A DNA stretch of 64,000 bases from Candidatus Eiseniibacteriota bacterium (GTDB lineage: Bacteria; Eisenbacteria; RBG-16-71-46), in NCBI GenBank assembly GCA_963776245.1, contig CAVZLN010000006.1, positions 608,001-672,000 on the forward strand. The letters run 5' to 3'. The position numbers and the translations under genes were made by a program. The notes beneath the pieces were generated by a model. That model was not told the origin of the DNA. It did no database searches and worked only from the letters and a program-made list of their open reading frames with translations. Shown here piece by piece: positions 41,724 through 50,656 of the stretch (position 1 is the first letter of the stretch; each line of letters begins with the position of its first letter).

Positions 41724-42217
41724 GGGGCGTCTCCTTTCACTGCCGTCGGCACGAAGCTCTCTTCCTTGGCGGTGGAGAGCACCATGATGGTGCGCGTCTG
41801 GCGCACGCCGTCCATACCGTTCAACTGGTGCAGCAGCAGGTCGCGCAGCGCGTCCATGTCGCGCACGCGCACCTTGAGCAGGAGCGAGAACTCGCCGGTG
41901 ATGTGGTGGCACTCCTGGACCTCGTCGAGCGCCAGCACGCGCTCGATGAACGCCGCCTCGTACCGCGGCTGCTCGATGAACACCTCCACGAACGCCGCCA
42001 CCGTCGCCCCCACCGCCCGCGGATCCACGATCGCCGACCAGCGGCGGATGAACCCCGCGTTCTCGAGCTTGCGCAGGCGCTCGTTGACCGCCGCGGTCGA
42101 GAGCCCGACCTGGCTGGCGATCTCGGCCTGGGCGGCCTTGGCGTCGCGCTGGACCAGCTCGAGGATGCGGCGGTCCTTGGAATCGAGCGTCTGGGATGTA
42201 TTCACTCGGATCGACAT
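41720..42217 (-). CDS. Lrp/AsnC family transcriptional regulator
   Basis: LDSKDRRILELVQRDA...EIASQVGLSTAAVNERLRKLENAGFI...ECHHITGEFSLLLKV. Its stop overlaps the lat start. Confidence 0.93.
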   Translation of the reverse strand: MSIRVNTSQTLDSKDRRILELVQRDAKAAQAEIASQVGLSTAAVNERLRKLENAGFIRRWSAIVDPRAVGATVAAFVEVFIEQPRYEAAFIERVLALDEVQECHHITGEFSLLLKVRVRDMDALRDLLLHQLNGMDGVRQTRTIMVLSTAKEESFVPTAVKGDAP

Positions 42218-42252
42218 GACACGATAATACATTCGGACAATACGCCGCACAA
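42218..42252 (-). promoter_or_regulatory. Sigma70 promoter placed for a leaderless lrp transcript
   Basis: TTGTGC (42252-42247)-N17-TATTAT (42229-42224)-N6-ATG (42217). Confidence 0.6.
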
Positions 42253-42320
42253 CGTGAATCTGTTCGGCGGATGCTGGTTTCGGCCGGTTCCACGGTCTCC
42301 GTGCTAGAGTGCCCGCCGGC

Positions 42321-42935
42321 ATGCTCTTCGCGATCGACCTGGAAGGCGTCCTGGCGCCCGAGATCTGGCCCGTGCTGGGGTCCCGGTTCGGGCTGCCCGA
42401 GCTCTCGCTCACGACCCGCGAGAGCGGGGACTTCGCCCGGCTCATGGACACCCGCATCCGCGCCATCCGGTCGCGCGGGCTCACGCTCGCCGAGCTGCAG
42501 GCGGTCGCGCACGCGATCGAGCCCGATCCCGGGGCGCGCGACTTCCTCACCCGCCTGCGCGGCCTCGGGCAGGTCATCCTCATCTCCGACACTTTCCACG
42601 AACTGGCGGAGCCGCTGGTGGGGAAGCTCGGCGGGCACAGCCTGTTCGCGAACCGCTTCGAGCTCGACCCGGACGGCACGCTGCGCGGCTTCCGGCTGCG
42701 CATCCGGGGCCAGAAGGAGCGCATCGTGTCGGGGTTCCGGAGCGCGGGCTTCAAGGTGGGGGCGCTGGGCGACAGCCTCAACGACCTGTCCATCCTCGGC
42801 TCATGCGACTTCCCGGTGCTCTACCGCCCGGTGCGGGCGCTGCTCGACGCGTTCCCGGGCGCGCCGGTGGCGCACCGACTCGACGAGGCGCTGGCGCACT
42901 TCGAGGCGGCGCGTCGCACGCTCGACGGCGCGTAG
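42321..42935 (+). CDS. thrH: Phosphoserine phosphatase / homoserine phosphotransferase (HAD family)
   Basis: DLEGVLAPEIW, LTTRE, QVILISDTF and GDSLND. Confidence 0.88.
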   Translation: MLFAIDLEGVLAPEIWPVLGSRFGLPELSLTTRESGDFARLMDTRIRAIRSRGLTLAELQAVAHAIEPDPGARDFLTRLRGLGQVILISDTFHELAEPLVGKLGGHSLFANRFELDPDGTLRGFRLRIRGQKERIVSGFRSAGFKVGALGDSLNDLSILGSCDFPVLYRPVRALLDAFPGAPVAHRLDEALAHFEAARRTLDGA

Positions 42936-42945
42936 CCGGACCGGC

Positions 42946-43694
42946 TCAGCCCAGCAGTTCCTTCAACCGCGCGTAGCCGGCGCGACTCACCGGCAGCTCG
43001 CGCCCCTGCTGGAGCACCGCCACGCGGCTGTCCTTGGCGTAGAGCTCGAGGCGCGCCAGGCGCTCGAGGTTCAGCACGTACGAGCGGTGGATGCGCACGA
43101 AGCGCGCCGGATCGAGCCCGCGCTCGAGCGCGGCGAGCGTCTGGGGCTTGAGCGTGACCTTGCCCTCCGCGTGGATCGCCACGTAGTCGTCCTGCGCCTC
43201 GAAGTAGTCCACGCGGTCGACCGGGATGACGTGCACCTTCGATCCGTCGCGCACCAGCACGCGCTCGAGGAAGCGGCCGGGCGGGCGGGCGTCGGCCACC
43301 AGCGCCGCCACCGGCATCGCGGCATGCTGGGCGGCGCGCGCCCGCGCCAGCACCAGCGCCTCGGCGAGCCGCTCGCGGGCGAACGGCTTGAGCAGATAGT
43401 CCACCGCGTGGACCTCGAACGCGCGCAGCGCGTACTGATCGTAGGCGGTCACGAAGATCACCTGCGGCCCCTCGCCCACCAGTTCGAGCACGTCGAAGCC
43501 GTCGAGCTTCGGCATCTGGATGTCGAGGAACAGCAGGTCGGGCGCCAGCTCGGTGACGGCCTTCACCGCCTCGAAGCCGTTCGCGCACTCGCCCACCACC
43601 TCGACGTCCGGGTGCGCGGCCAGGTACTCGCGCAGCAGCGCCCGGGCCGGCGCTTCGTCGTCCACCACCAGCACGCGCAGCGGGCGGCGTTCAT
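42946..43694 (-). CDS. LytTR family response regulator (1-nt frameshift just after the ATG at 43694)
   Basis: VVDDE, FLDIQMP, FVTAYD, DYLLKP, AQDDYV and FVRIHRS...VSRAG. Confidence 0.93.
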
Positions 43695-44776
43695 CGCGCC
43701 TCCCCCGACGCGGCGGGCAGGTCGGCGCGCTCGGTGGCCGGCAGGGTGACGCACACGCGATAGCGGTCGCCCGCCGGGCCCGCGTCCACGCGCGTGCGGC
43801 GCGGGTCGAGCAGGTCGAGGCGCGCGCGCACGTTCGCGAGCCCGAGCCCCTGTCCGCGGTGCACCGGCGCGGCCGGATCGAACGGGCTCTCGACCACGAT
43901 GTCGAGCCGGTCGTCGTGCCGGCGGGCCTCGACGCGCACCGTGCCCCCTTCCAGACGCTGGGCCACGCCGTGGCGCACGGCGTTCTCGATCAGGGGCTGC
44001 AGCAGCAGCGGCGGGACCAGGCACACCTCGGCCTCGGGGGCGACCTGGCGCTCGACCTCGAGGCGCCCGCCGAAGCGCACGTGCTCGATCGCGAGGTAGC
44101 GCTCGGCGAGCGCCAGCTCCTCCGCGAGCGACACCCACTCCTGCGCGCCGAGCCGCTGGCTGCTGCGCAGGAACTCGCCCAGCCGCTGGCACATCTGGCG
44201 CGCGCCCTCGGGCGAGCCGGCCACCAGCGCGCTGATCGAGTTGAGGCTGTTGAAGAGGAAGTGCGGGTCCACCTGGGCCCGCAGCGCGCGCAATTCCGCC
44301 TCGCGCGCCTGCACCTGGAGCTCGAGCGAGCGGCGCTCGGCGGCGCGCGAGTCCTCGAACGCGATGATGAGGTAGTGCACCACCGCCGACAGCAGGTACA
44401 GGATGGCGCCCGCGCCGGCCAGCATCCCCGACTCCCGCGCGGCATCGATGCCCGCGAGCGGGGTGGCGGACTCGAGCACGCGCCCCCACACCGTGGTCAG
44501 CGTCATCCAGGCCACGCCCGCGGCCCCCGCGGCCACGCCGAGCCGGGCCAGCACCGCCGAGGGCGCGCTGCGTCCGAGCGGCGCCGCGCGACACACCCAC
44601 CAGGCCGACAGGCAGATGACGGCGTGCGCCAGGGTGGGCGGCGCGACGAACGCGAGCGCCTCCGGCCAGGTGCGGGGCACCAGCATGCGATCGAGCGCGG
44701 TGAGCAGCGCCGCCACCGGCAGCCAGGCGGCCAGGTAGAGGAACAGGCGGGCGCGGCTCGCGAGCAGCGGATGCAT
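43691..44776 (-). CDS. LytS/YehU-type sensor histidine kinase
   Basis: N-terminal TM segments, then LRAQVDPHFLFNSLNSI, LQPLIENAVRHG and GLGLANVRARL. Confidence 0.93.
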   Translation of the reverse strand: MHPLLASRARLFLYLAAWLPVAALLTALDRMLVPRTWPEALAFVAPPTLAHAVICLSAWWVCRAAPLGRSAPSAVLARLGVAAGAAGVAWMTLTTVWGRVLESATPLAGIDAARESGMLAGAGAILYLLSAVVHYLIIAFEDSRAAERRSLELQVQAREAELRALRAQVDPHFLFNSLNSISALVAGSPEGARQMCQRLGEFLRSSQRLGAQEWVSLAEELALAERYLAIEHVRFGGRLEVERQVAPEAEVCLVPPLLLQPLIENAVRHGVAQRLEGGTVRVEARRHDDRLDIVVESPFDPAAPVHRGQGLGLANVRARLDLLDPRRTRVDAGPAGDRYRVCVTLPATERADLPAASGEAR

Positions 44777-44779
44777 GGG

Positions 44780-45580
44780 TCAGTGCTTGATCTCGACCGA
44801 GCCCAGCAGGGCGGTGCCCTGCACGCGCAGGATCGGGGCGCCCTCGGCGGGGGCGACGCGCGTGCGGTCGTCCACCGAGCCCAGCACGCTGGTGACCTCG
44901 CCCACGATGCGCCAGCCGTCGGGCACGCGCAGTTCCACGCCGCCCATCAGCGCGAGCACCTCGAGGGTCGCCTCGCCCCCGCTGATGCGGGCCGCGCGCA
45001 GGTCGATGACCGCGCCGCCGAGCACCGCGGAGACCTCGCCTCCCACGAACGCCGCGGACGAGCACGTGCGCGTCACCGAACCGAGCACGGCGACGGCGTT
45101 CACCTCGTCGCCGCTCGCGTCCGAACCGACGGCCTCGTCCACGGCGCGCGTGATCCCGCGGTCGATGGCGTCGGCCAGATGGACGCGCACCCGGCCGCGG
45201 CGCGAGCGCCGCCCGATGACCGCGCCGAGGACGAACGGGGAGCGCCCCTTGCGGAACGACGGACCGCCGACCAGGTAGACCCCGATCAGCACCAGGATGA
45301 GCGGGCCCAGCTCGAAGGACGACGTCCAGTCGCCGTGCAGCGCCAGCGCCTGCATGTAGACGCCGGCGATGATCACCATCGAGCCCATCAGCGGCCGGCG
45401 CGCGCAGCCGATCCCCATCAGGCACACGATGCCCCACGCCACCACCGTCAGCGGCCAGAAGCGGAGGATCGCGCTGGCGTCGAGCACGTCGAAGTTGTCG
45501 AGCGTGAACAGCACGCCGACCGCCGCGAGCACCAGACCGAAGAACAGCCGTGCCCGCAGCACCGGGCGGGTCTCGATCAT
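44780..45580 (-). CDS. LiaF-like membrane protein (DUF5668 TM region plus DUF2154-like domain)
   Basis: GLVLAAVGVLFTLDN...FWP, then FVGGEVSAVLGGAVIDLR...ALMGGVELRVPDGW...LLGSVEIK. Confidence 0.82.
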   Translation of the reverse strand: MIETRPVLRARLFFGLVLAAVGVLFTLDNFDVLDASAILRFWPLTVVAWGIVCLMGIGCARRPLMGSMVIIAGVYMQALALHGDWTSSFELGPLILVLIGVYLVGGPSFRKGRSPFVLGAVIGRRSRRGRVRVHLADAIDRGITRAVDEAVGSDASGDEVNAVAVLGSVTRTCSSAAFVGGEVSAVLGGAVIDLRAARISGGEATLEVLALMGGVELRVPDGWRIVGEVTSVLGSVDDRTRVAPAEGAPILRVQGTALLGSVEIKH

Positions 45581-45828
45581 CGCGGGCCTCCTTCGGGCGC
45601 GGCCGCGACCCGCGTCCGGGTCGCTCCCAACAGCACGAGCGCCGCACCCAGCGCGACCAGCAGCAGCGGCCAGGCGTGCAGCGCGAGTTCGCCGGCCACC
45701 GCGATCAGCGTCCGCGCCAGCGTCGGGATCACACCCGGCGGCAGCACGCGGTCCAGCGCCCAGGCGCCGACGCTCACCAGCGTGAGGTAGGCGCCGGCCA
45801 CGATACACACGATGCCCGCGTGGCGCAT
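45577..45828 (-). CDS. Small membrane protein (LiaF-TM-like)
   Basis: MRHAGIVCIVAGAYL...AWPLLLVALGAALV. Its stop overlaps the next start. Confidence 0.55.
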   Translation of the reverse strand: MRHAGIVCIVAGAYLTLVSVGAWALDRVLPPGVIPTLARTLIAVAGELALHAWPLLLVALGAALVLLGATRTRVAAAPEGGPR

Positions 45829-45857
45829 GCGGAGCCCGGTCCGTCCGGCGGGCGCGC

Positions 45858-46232
45858 TCACGAGGGCGACCCCGCGTCGCGGTCGCGCCGGACGCGGTCC
45901 TCGGTGAGGGCGCGCACCACCATCCCGACGCCGCTCGAGACGAACAGCAGGGGCCACGAGTTGCGATAGGTGAGCCCGTACCAGTGGAGCTGGACCGCGA
46001 GCAGCCACAGCCCGACCAGCGCCCACGAGATGCCGTGGCCGAGGTCGCCGGCGCGGTAGGGCACCGCGACGCGGCTGATCCCGTAGAGCACCACCAGCAG
46101 CGGCCACCACTGACCGATGTCGCCGAGTCCGAATCCGCCCAGCCGGTCGAGCGCGAACAGCGTGCCGGCGGCGATGAACAGCAGTCCGATGATGATCCGC
46201 CGCTGTCCCTGAGACCCGTTGCTTCCTTCCAT
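45858..46232 (-). CDS. LiaF-TM/DUF5668-like membrane protein
   Basis: IIIGLLFIAAGTLFALDRL...WWPLLVVLYG...SWPLLFV. SD AAGGAGG. Confidence 0.75.
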   Translation of the reverse strand: MEGSNGSQGQRRIIIGLLFIAAGTLFALDRLGGFGLGDIGQWWPLLVVLYGISRVAVPYRAGDLGHGISWALVGLWLLAVQLHWYGLTYRNSWPLLFVSSGVGMVVRALTEDRVRRDRDAGSPS

Positions 46233-46362
46233 CTTCGCCTCCTTCGCCGGGATTTCCCGGCTCCACAGGCAGACTACGCGGGCGCCGGCGCGCCCGCCTG
46301 TGGGAATCGGCCAGCGGCGGCTGCGGACCGGCGAGCGACGCCGCCGGGCCGGCGAGGGTGGC

Positions 46363-47085
46363 TCACCCGACGGTCGCTTCCGGGTCACCGCGCGCGGGCA
46401 GCGCGCGCGCCCACGCCATCAGTCCGCCGGCGTCCGAGAGGTCGTCGAGCACCAGGTCGGGCGCGTGCTCCGCGAGTCGCGGGCGCGTCAGCGAGCCGGT
46501 CGCGACCGCCACCACGCGCGCGCCCGCGGCCCGCGCGCAGCGGATGTCGTGCTCGGTGTCGCCCACCACCACGCAGCGCGACGGCGGCAGACCCCAGCGC
46601 TGGCGCGCGCGCTCGACCGCGAGCCGCGCCAGCGCGTCGCGGTCGACGGCCTCCTCGCCGCAGGCGGAGAACGCGAACCGCCCCTCGATCCCGAAGCGCG
46701 CGAGCTTGATGCGCGCCATCTCGGTCATGTTGCCGGTCAGCACCGCCATGCGCCAGCCGGGCTCGTCCGCGACCGCGTCGAGCACCCGCGGGACGCCGGC
46801 CAGCAGCCGGCCGCGGGGGGGCACGAGCAGCGCGCGGATGTGCGTGAACACGGCGTCCCAGAAGCGCGCCTCGTCGGCGGTGTCGAGGGTGCGGCCGTGC
46901 TTCGCGAGGATGTCGGCGAGGATGTGCGGCTCGGTGCGCCCGGCGAAGGCGATCGACCCGAGGGTGTCGTCCACCCCCAGCCGCTCGCGCGCCGCCCGCG
47001 CGAACGCCTCACGGGCCGCGCCCTCGGTCGAGAGCAGCGTGCCGTCGATGTCGAACAGCCAGGCGAGTGTCGGGGTAGGACTCAT
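46363..47085 (-). CDS. HAD family hydrolase (phosphoglycolate phosphatase-like)
   Basis: LFDIDGTLL, LTGN, VVGDTEHD and AVATG. Confidence 0.9.
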   Translation of the reverse strand: MSPTPTLAWLFDIDGTLLSTEGAAREAFARAARERLGVDDTLGSIAFAGRTEPHILADILAKHGRTLDTADEARFWDAVFTHIRALLVPPRGRLLAGVPRVLDAVADEPGWRMAVLTGNMTEMARIKLARFGIEGRFAFSACGEEAVDRDALARLAVERARQRWGLPPSRCVVVGDTEHDIRCARAAGARVVAVATGSLTRPRLAEHAPDLVLDDLSDAGGLMAWARALPARGDPEATVG

Positions 47086-47151
47086 GGCGGGCGGGCGGCA
47101 TGTTAGCATGCGTGCCCGTGTCCGCCGCTCCCGCTCCCGTGGAGAGATCCC

Positions 47152-49033
47152 GTGCCCTTCCCTGCGCTGCCCGAGGCATCCGGCGCTCTCGCCTGGCGGT
47201 TCCGGCGCCTGCGCGCCATGGGTCCGGGCGAGGTCGTGCACCGGGCGCGCGTCGCCCTGCGCGACCGGTTCGCGCCGCCGGCCTACGCCCGGCTCGCCCC
47301 TGACGCGGCGTTCGGGGCGCTGTTCGAGGGCGACGCCGATGCCGCGCTGAGCGCGGCGCGGTTCGGCGCGCTGGCCGGCGTGCCCCGGGACGCCACCGGG
47401 CTCGAGGCCACGCTCGCGCAGGCGGCGCAGCTGGCGGACGGACGCTGGGAACTCTTCGGCCACGCCGTGACGCTCGCGCGATCCGCCGTCGTGGCGCGCG
47501 AACCCGGTGAGCGGAGCGGAGTGGCCCGACCTGCCGAGCGCGGCGCTCGACTACCACCGCACCGATCTCGCGGGCGGGGCGAAGTACGCGTGGGAACTGG
47601 GCCGGCTCACCGTGCTGCCCACGCTCGCGCTGGCGTGGCGCGCGGGCGGCGAGGACGCGCACGCGGCGCGCGCCGGGCGCTGGCTGGACGACTTCGTGGC
47701 CGCGAACCCGCTCGGCCGCGGCATCCACCACACCAGCGGCATCGAGATGGCGATCCGGGTGGCGACCGTCACCGCCACGCTCGGGCTGCTCGGCGAACGC
47801 GCCCGCGGGCCGCGGCTCGGGGCCGCGCTCGGCCTGCTCGCGCAGCAGGCGCTGTTCTGCCGCGACCACCTGAGCCTGGGCTCGAGCGCGAACAACCACC
47901 TGCTCGCCGAGTACGCGGCGATGACCCTCGCGGGCGCCACCTGGCCGACCCTGCGCGAAGGCGCCGCCCTGCTCGCGCGCGGCCACGCCGGCTCGAGCGC
48001 GAGATCCTGCGCCAGTTCCACCCCGACGGCGTGAACGCCGAGCAGGCGTTCGGCTACCTGCCGTTCATCACCGAGCTGGTGCTGTTGCCGCTGGTGGCGG
48101 CCGAGGCGGCGGGGCGCCCCGCGTCCGCCGGCGTGCGCGAGCGGCTCGGGCGCGCGCTCGAGTTCATGCGCGTGCTGCGCCTGCCGGATGGCTCGGTGCC
48201 GATGGTGGGCGACGCCGACGAGGCGCGCATCCTGCTCGCGGCGCACGGCGACCGGCTCGACCTCGCCGGCGGCGCGCTCGCCGCCTGGCTCGGCGCCGAT
48301 GGACTGGCCGAGGGCGCGGACGGCTACGCGCGCCTGGTGCTCGGCCGCGCGCCGGCGCGCACCCGCGCGGCGCTCGACGGGCGCCACGTGTTCCCCGACG
48401 GCGGGTACACGGTGTGGCGCGACCGCGGCATGCTCGCGACGTTCGACCACGGCCCGCTCGGACTCGGCGCGCTCGCCGCGCACGGCCACGCGGACGCCCT
48501 GGCGGTCACGCTTGTTCCGCGGTCCGGACGCGGTGGTGGTGGATCCCGGCACCTACGCCTACCACGAGGACGAGCCGGCGCGGGCGCGGTTCCGCTCCAC
48601 GCCCTACCACGGCACGGTGAACTTCGGCGGACGCAGCCAGAGCGAGATGCGCGGTCCGTTCCTGTGGGGACGGCACGCCCGGGTGGACGGCGAAGCGGGG
48701 CGCGGCGCCTGCCGCTGGGCCTCGGGTGAGACCCACGAGCGCGCGGTCGACGCGTCGGCCGAACGCGTGGTGATCGACGACGGGGTGCGGGGCGCCGGCG
48801 CGCGGCTGGCGTTCCCGCTCGCGCCGGGCGCGCAGGTCACGCTCGAGGGGCACCGCGCGATCGTACGCGCTGGGCGCGCGGTCGCGCGCTTCGAGGGCGA
48901 GGGCCTCGATCCGTGGCGCGTCGAGCCGGGCGAGGTCTCGCGCGCGCTCGGCTGGCGCGAGCCCGCGCCGCGGCTGGTCGCGCGCATCCCGGGCGAGCGC
49001 GCCCGCACCACCATCCGCCTCGGCGACGCCTGA
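47152..49033 (+). CDS. Heparinase II/III family protein; frameshifts near 47478, 47990 and 48512
   Basis: KYAWELGR, ANPLGRG, SSANNHLLAE, QFHPDGVNAEQ, VGDADE, AAHGHADAL and DPGTYAY...FRST..H, spread across frames. Confidence 0.85.
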
Positions 49034-49057
49034 GCGCGGCGCGCCCGCGCCGGATCC

Positions 49058-50515
49058 TCAGCGCGCGGTCGAGGGCGCCGCGGCGGCCCGCTCCCGGAAC
49101 AGGCGGTTCGGCTCCCCCCGCTCCCACGGGCGGTACTCCATCGCGAACCGCACGCGCTCGGCGAGCGGCGGATGGGAGTACTGGAGCCACACGCGCCACG
49201 CCGGGGGCTCGGGATCGGAGCGGTTCTGCGAGCCGAGCTTGATGAACGCGCGCGCCGCGGCGTCGTTGTCGTGCGTGATCTCGAGCCCGAAGATGTCGGA
49301 CTCGTGCTCGACGCCGCGGCTGTAGCCGTTCACCACCGGCTGGGCCGCGAACGAGAGCAGCGTGAGCACCGCGACCAGCAGCGGCATCGCCGCCAGGTCG
49401 TGGAGGGCCGTGAAACCCCAGCGCGGGCCGAACCGCGCCACCAGCGGATCGAGCAGGCGCGCGGCGAGGAAGAACAGCAGGAACGAGAGCAGGCTGGTCA
49501 GCAGGATGCCCTTCCAGATGTGGTGCAGCACGTAGTGGCCCATCTCGTGGCCCATCACGCACAGGATCTCGTCCTTGCGCATGCCCTTCAGCGTGGTGTC
49601 CCAGAGCACGATGCGCTGCGAGACCCCGAAGCCGCTCACGTAGGCGTTGTACTTCCGGGTCTGGCGGCTCTTGTCCACCTCGTACACGTTGCGCCCCGGG
49701 ATGCCCGCCTTCTCGGCGAGCGCGACGATCTCGCGCTTCAGCGCCTGGTCGCGCAGCGGCGTGAACTTGTTGGTGAGCCCGTCGACGTAGGGCGAGATGA
49801 GCGAGCCCGCGAGGATCACCGGCAGCGTGCCGAGCGCCAGCCACAGCCACCAGCGACGCGGCTGCTTCTCGAGCGCGCCGTAGGCGAGCGCCACCAGCGG
49901 CACCACGCCGAGGAAGCACAGCGACACCGCGAGACCGATGCCCTCCTCACGCAGCCAGGCCCCGAACGACTGGTTCGAGAGCGCGTACTGGTGCTCGAGC
50001 GCGAAGCCCTGGTACCACGCGAACGGGAACCCGAGCGCGGCCCCCACCAGCGAGTAGAGGGTGAGGTAGACCAGCACGCGCACGTAGCGCGACGAGCCGA
50101 GCGCGTGCGCGATGTCGCGCATGCGCGCCGACAGCCCGGTGGCCAGCACCAGCAGCGCCACCGCGATGGAGTAGAACGGGTCGAGCAGGGCGAGCGCGCC
50201 GCGCTTCTGCGAGTACGCGCGGCTCTCGCGGGTGAAGTTGGCGCGGATCTCGGCGAGATGGTCGACCGGGGGCGCCGGCGCCGCCGGCGCGGAGGAGTCC
50301 GCGGCCGCGAGCGCGGCGCTGTCGGCCGCAGCGGGCGAGCTTCCGCCGGGCGCGATGGCCGCGCTGTCCGCCGCCGCGGGCGCCCCCGCGCCGGGCGCGG
50401 GGGCGGCGAAGCCGGCGGGTGCGAAGGCCAGCGTGAGCGTTACCGCGAGCGCCAGCGGGTGGGCGAACGCGCGAGCGAGGCGGCACGGCCAGCGGAGCGG
50501 ACCGTCAGGCGACAT
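49058..50515 (-). CDS. M48 family (Ste24-like) zinc metallopeptidase
   Basis: NAYVSGFG..RIVLWDT, GHEMGH, E.ESD and YSHPPLAERV, with multiple TM segments. Confidence 0.92.
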   Translation of the reverse strand: MSPDGPLRWPCRLARAFAHPLALAVTLTLAFAPAGFAAPAPGAGAPAAADSAAIAPGGSSPAAADSAALAAADSSAPAAPAPPVDHLAEIRANFTRESRAYSQKRGALALLDPFYSIAVALLVLATGLSARMRDIAHALGSSRYVRVLVYLTLYSLVGAALGFPFAWYQGFALEHQYALSNQSFGAWLREEGIGLAVSLCFLGVVPLVALAYGALEKQPRRWWLWLALGTLPVILAGSLISPYVDGLTNKFTPLRDQALKREIVALAEKAGIPGRNVYEVDKSRQTRKYNAYVSGFGVSQRIVLWDTTLKGMRKDEILCVMGHEMGHYVLHHIWKGILLTSLLSFLLFFLAARLLDPLVARFGPRWGFTALHDLAAMPLLVAVLTLLSFAAQPVVNGYSRGVEHESDIFGLEITHDNDAAARAFIKLGSQNRSDPEPPAWRVWLQYSHPPLAERVRFAMEYRPWERGEPNRLFRERAAAAPSTAR

Positions 50516-50656
50516 GGGATCTCTCCTCGTCAGGGAGCGGAGCGGCACGCGCCACCGTAGGCGGCGACGAGGGCACGAGGCAACCGCGAGCGTCCCCAGC
50601 GCGCGCAGGAAGGTGCCCGGCGCGGCGCCCGGCGGCCGCCCGCGATCCGATGCGGC

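Noticed and set aside
47152..49033. Polysaccharide biosynthesis or utilisation locus around the heparinase II/III-like gene
   Set aside because: Its neighbours are a HAD hydrolase and an M48 peptidase, with no glycosyltransferases, flippase or SusC/D-like genes adjacent.
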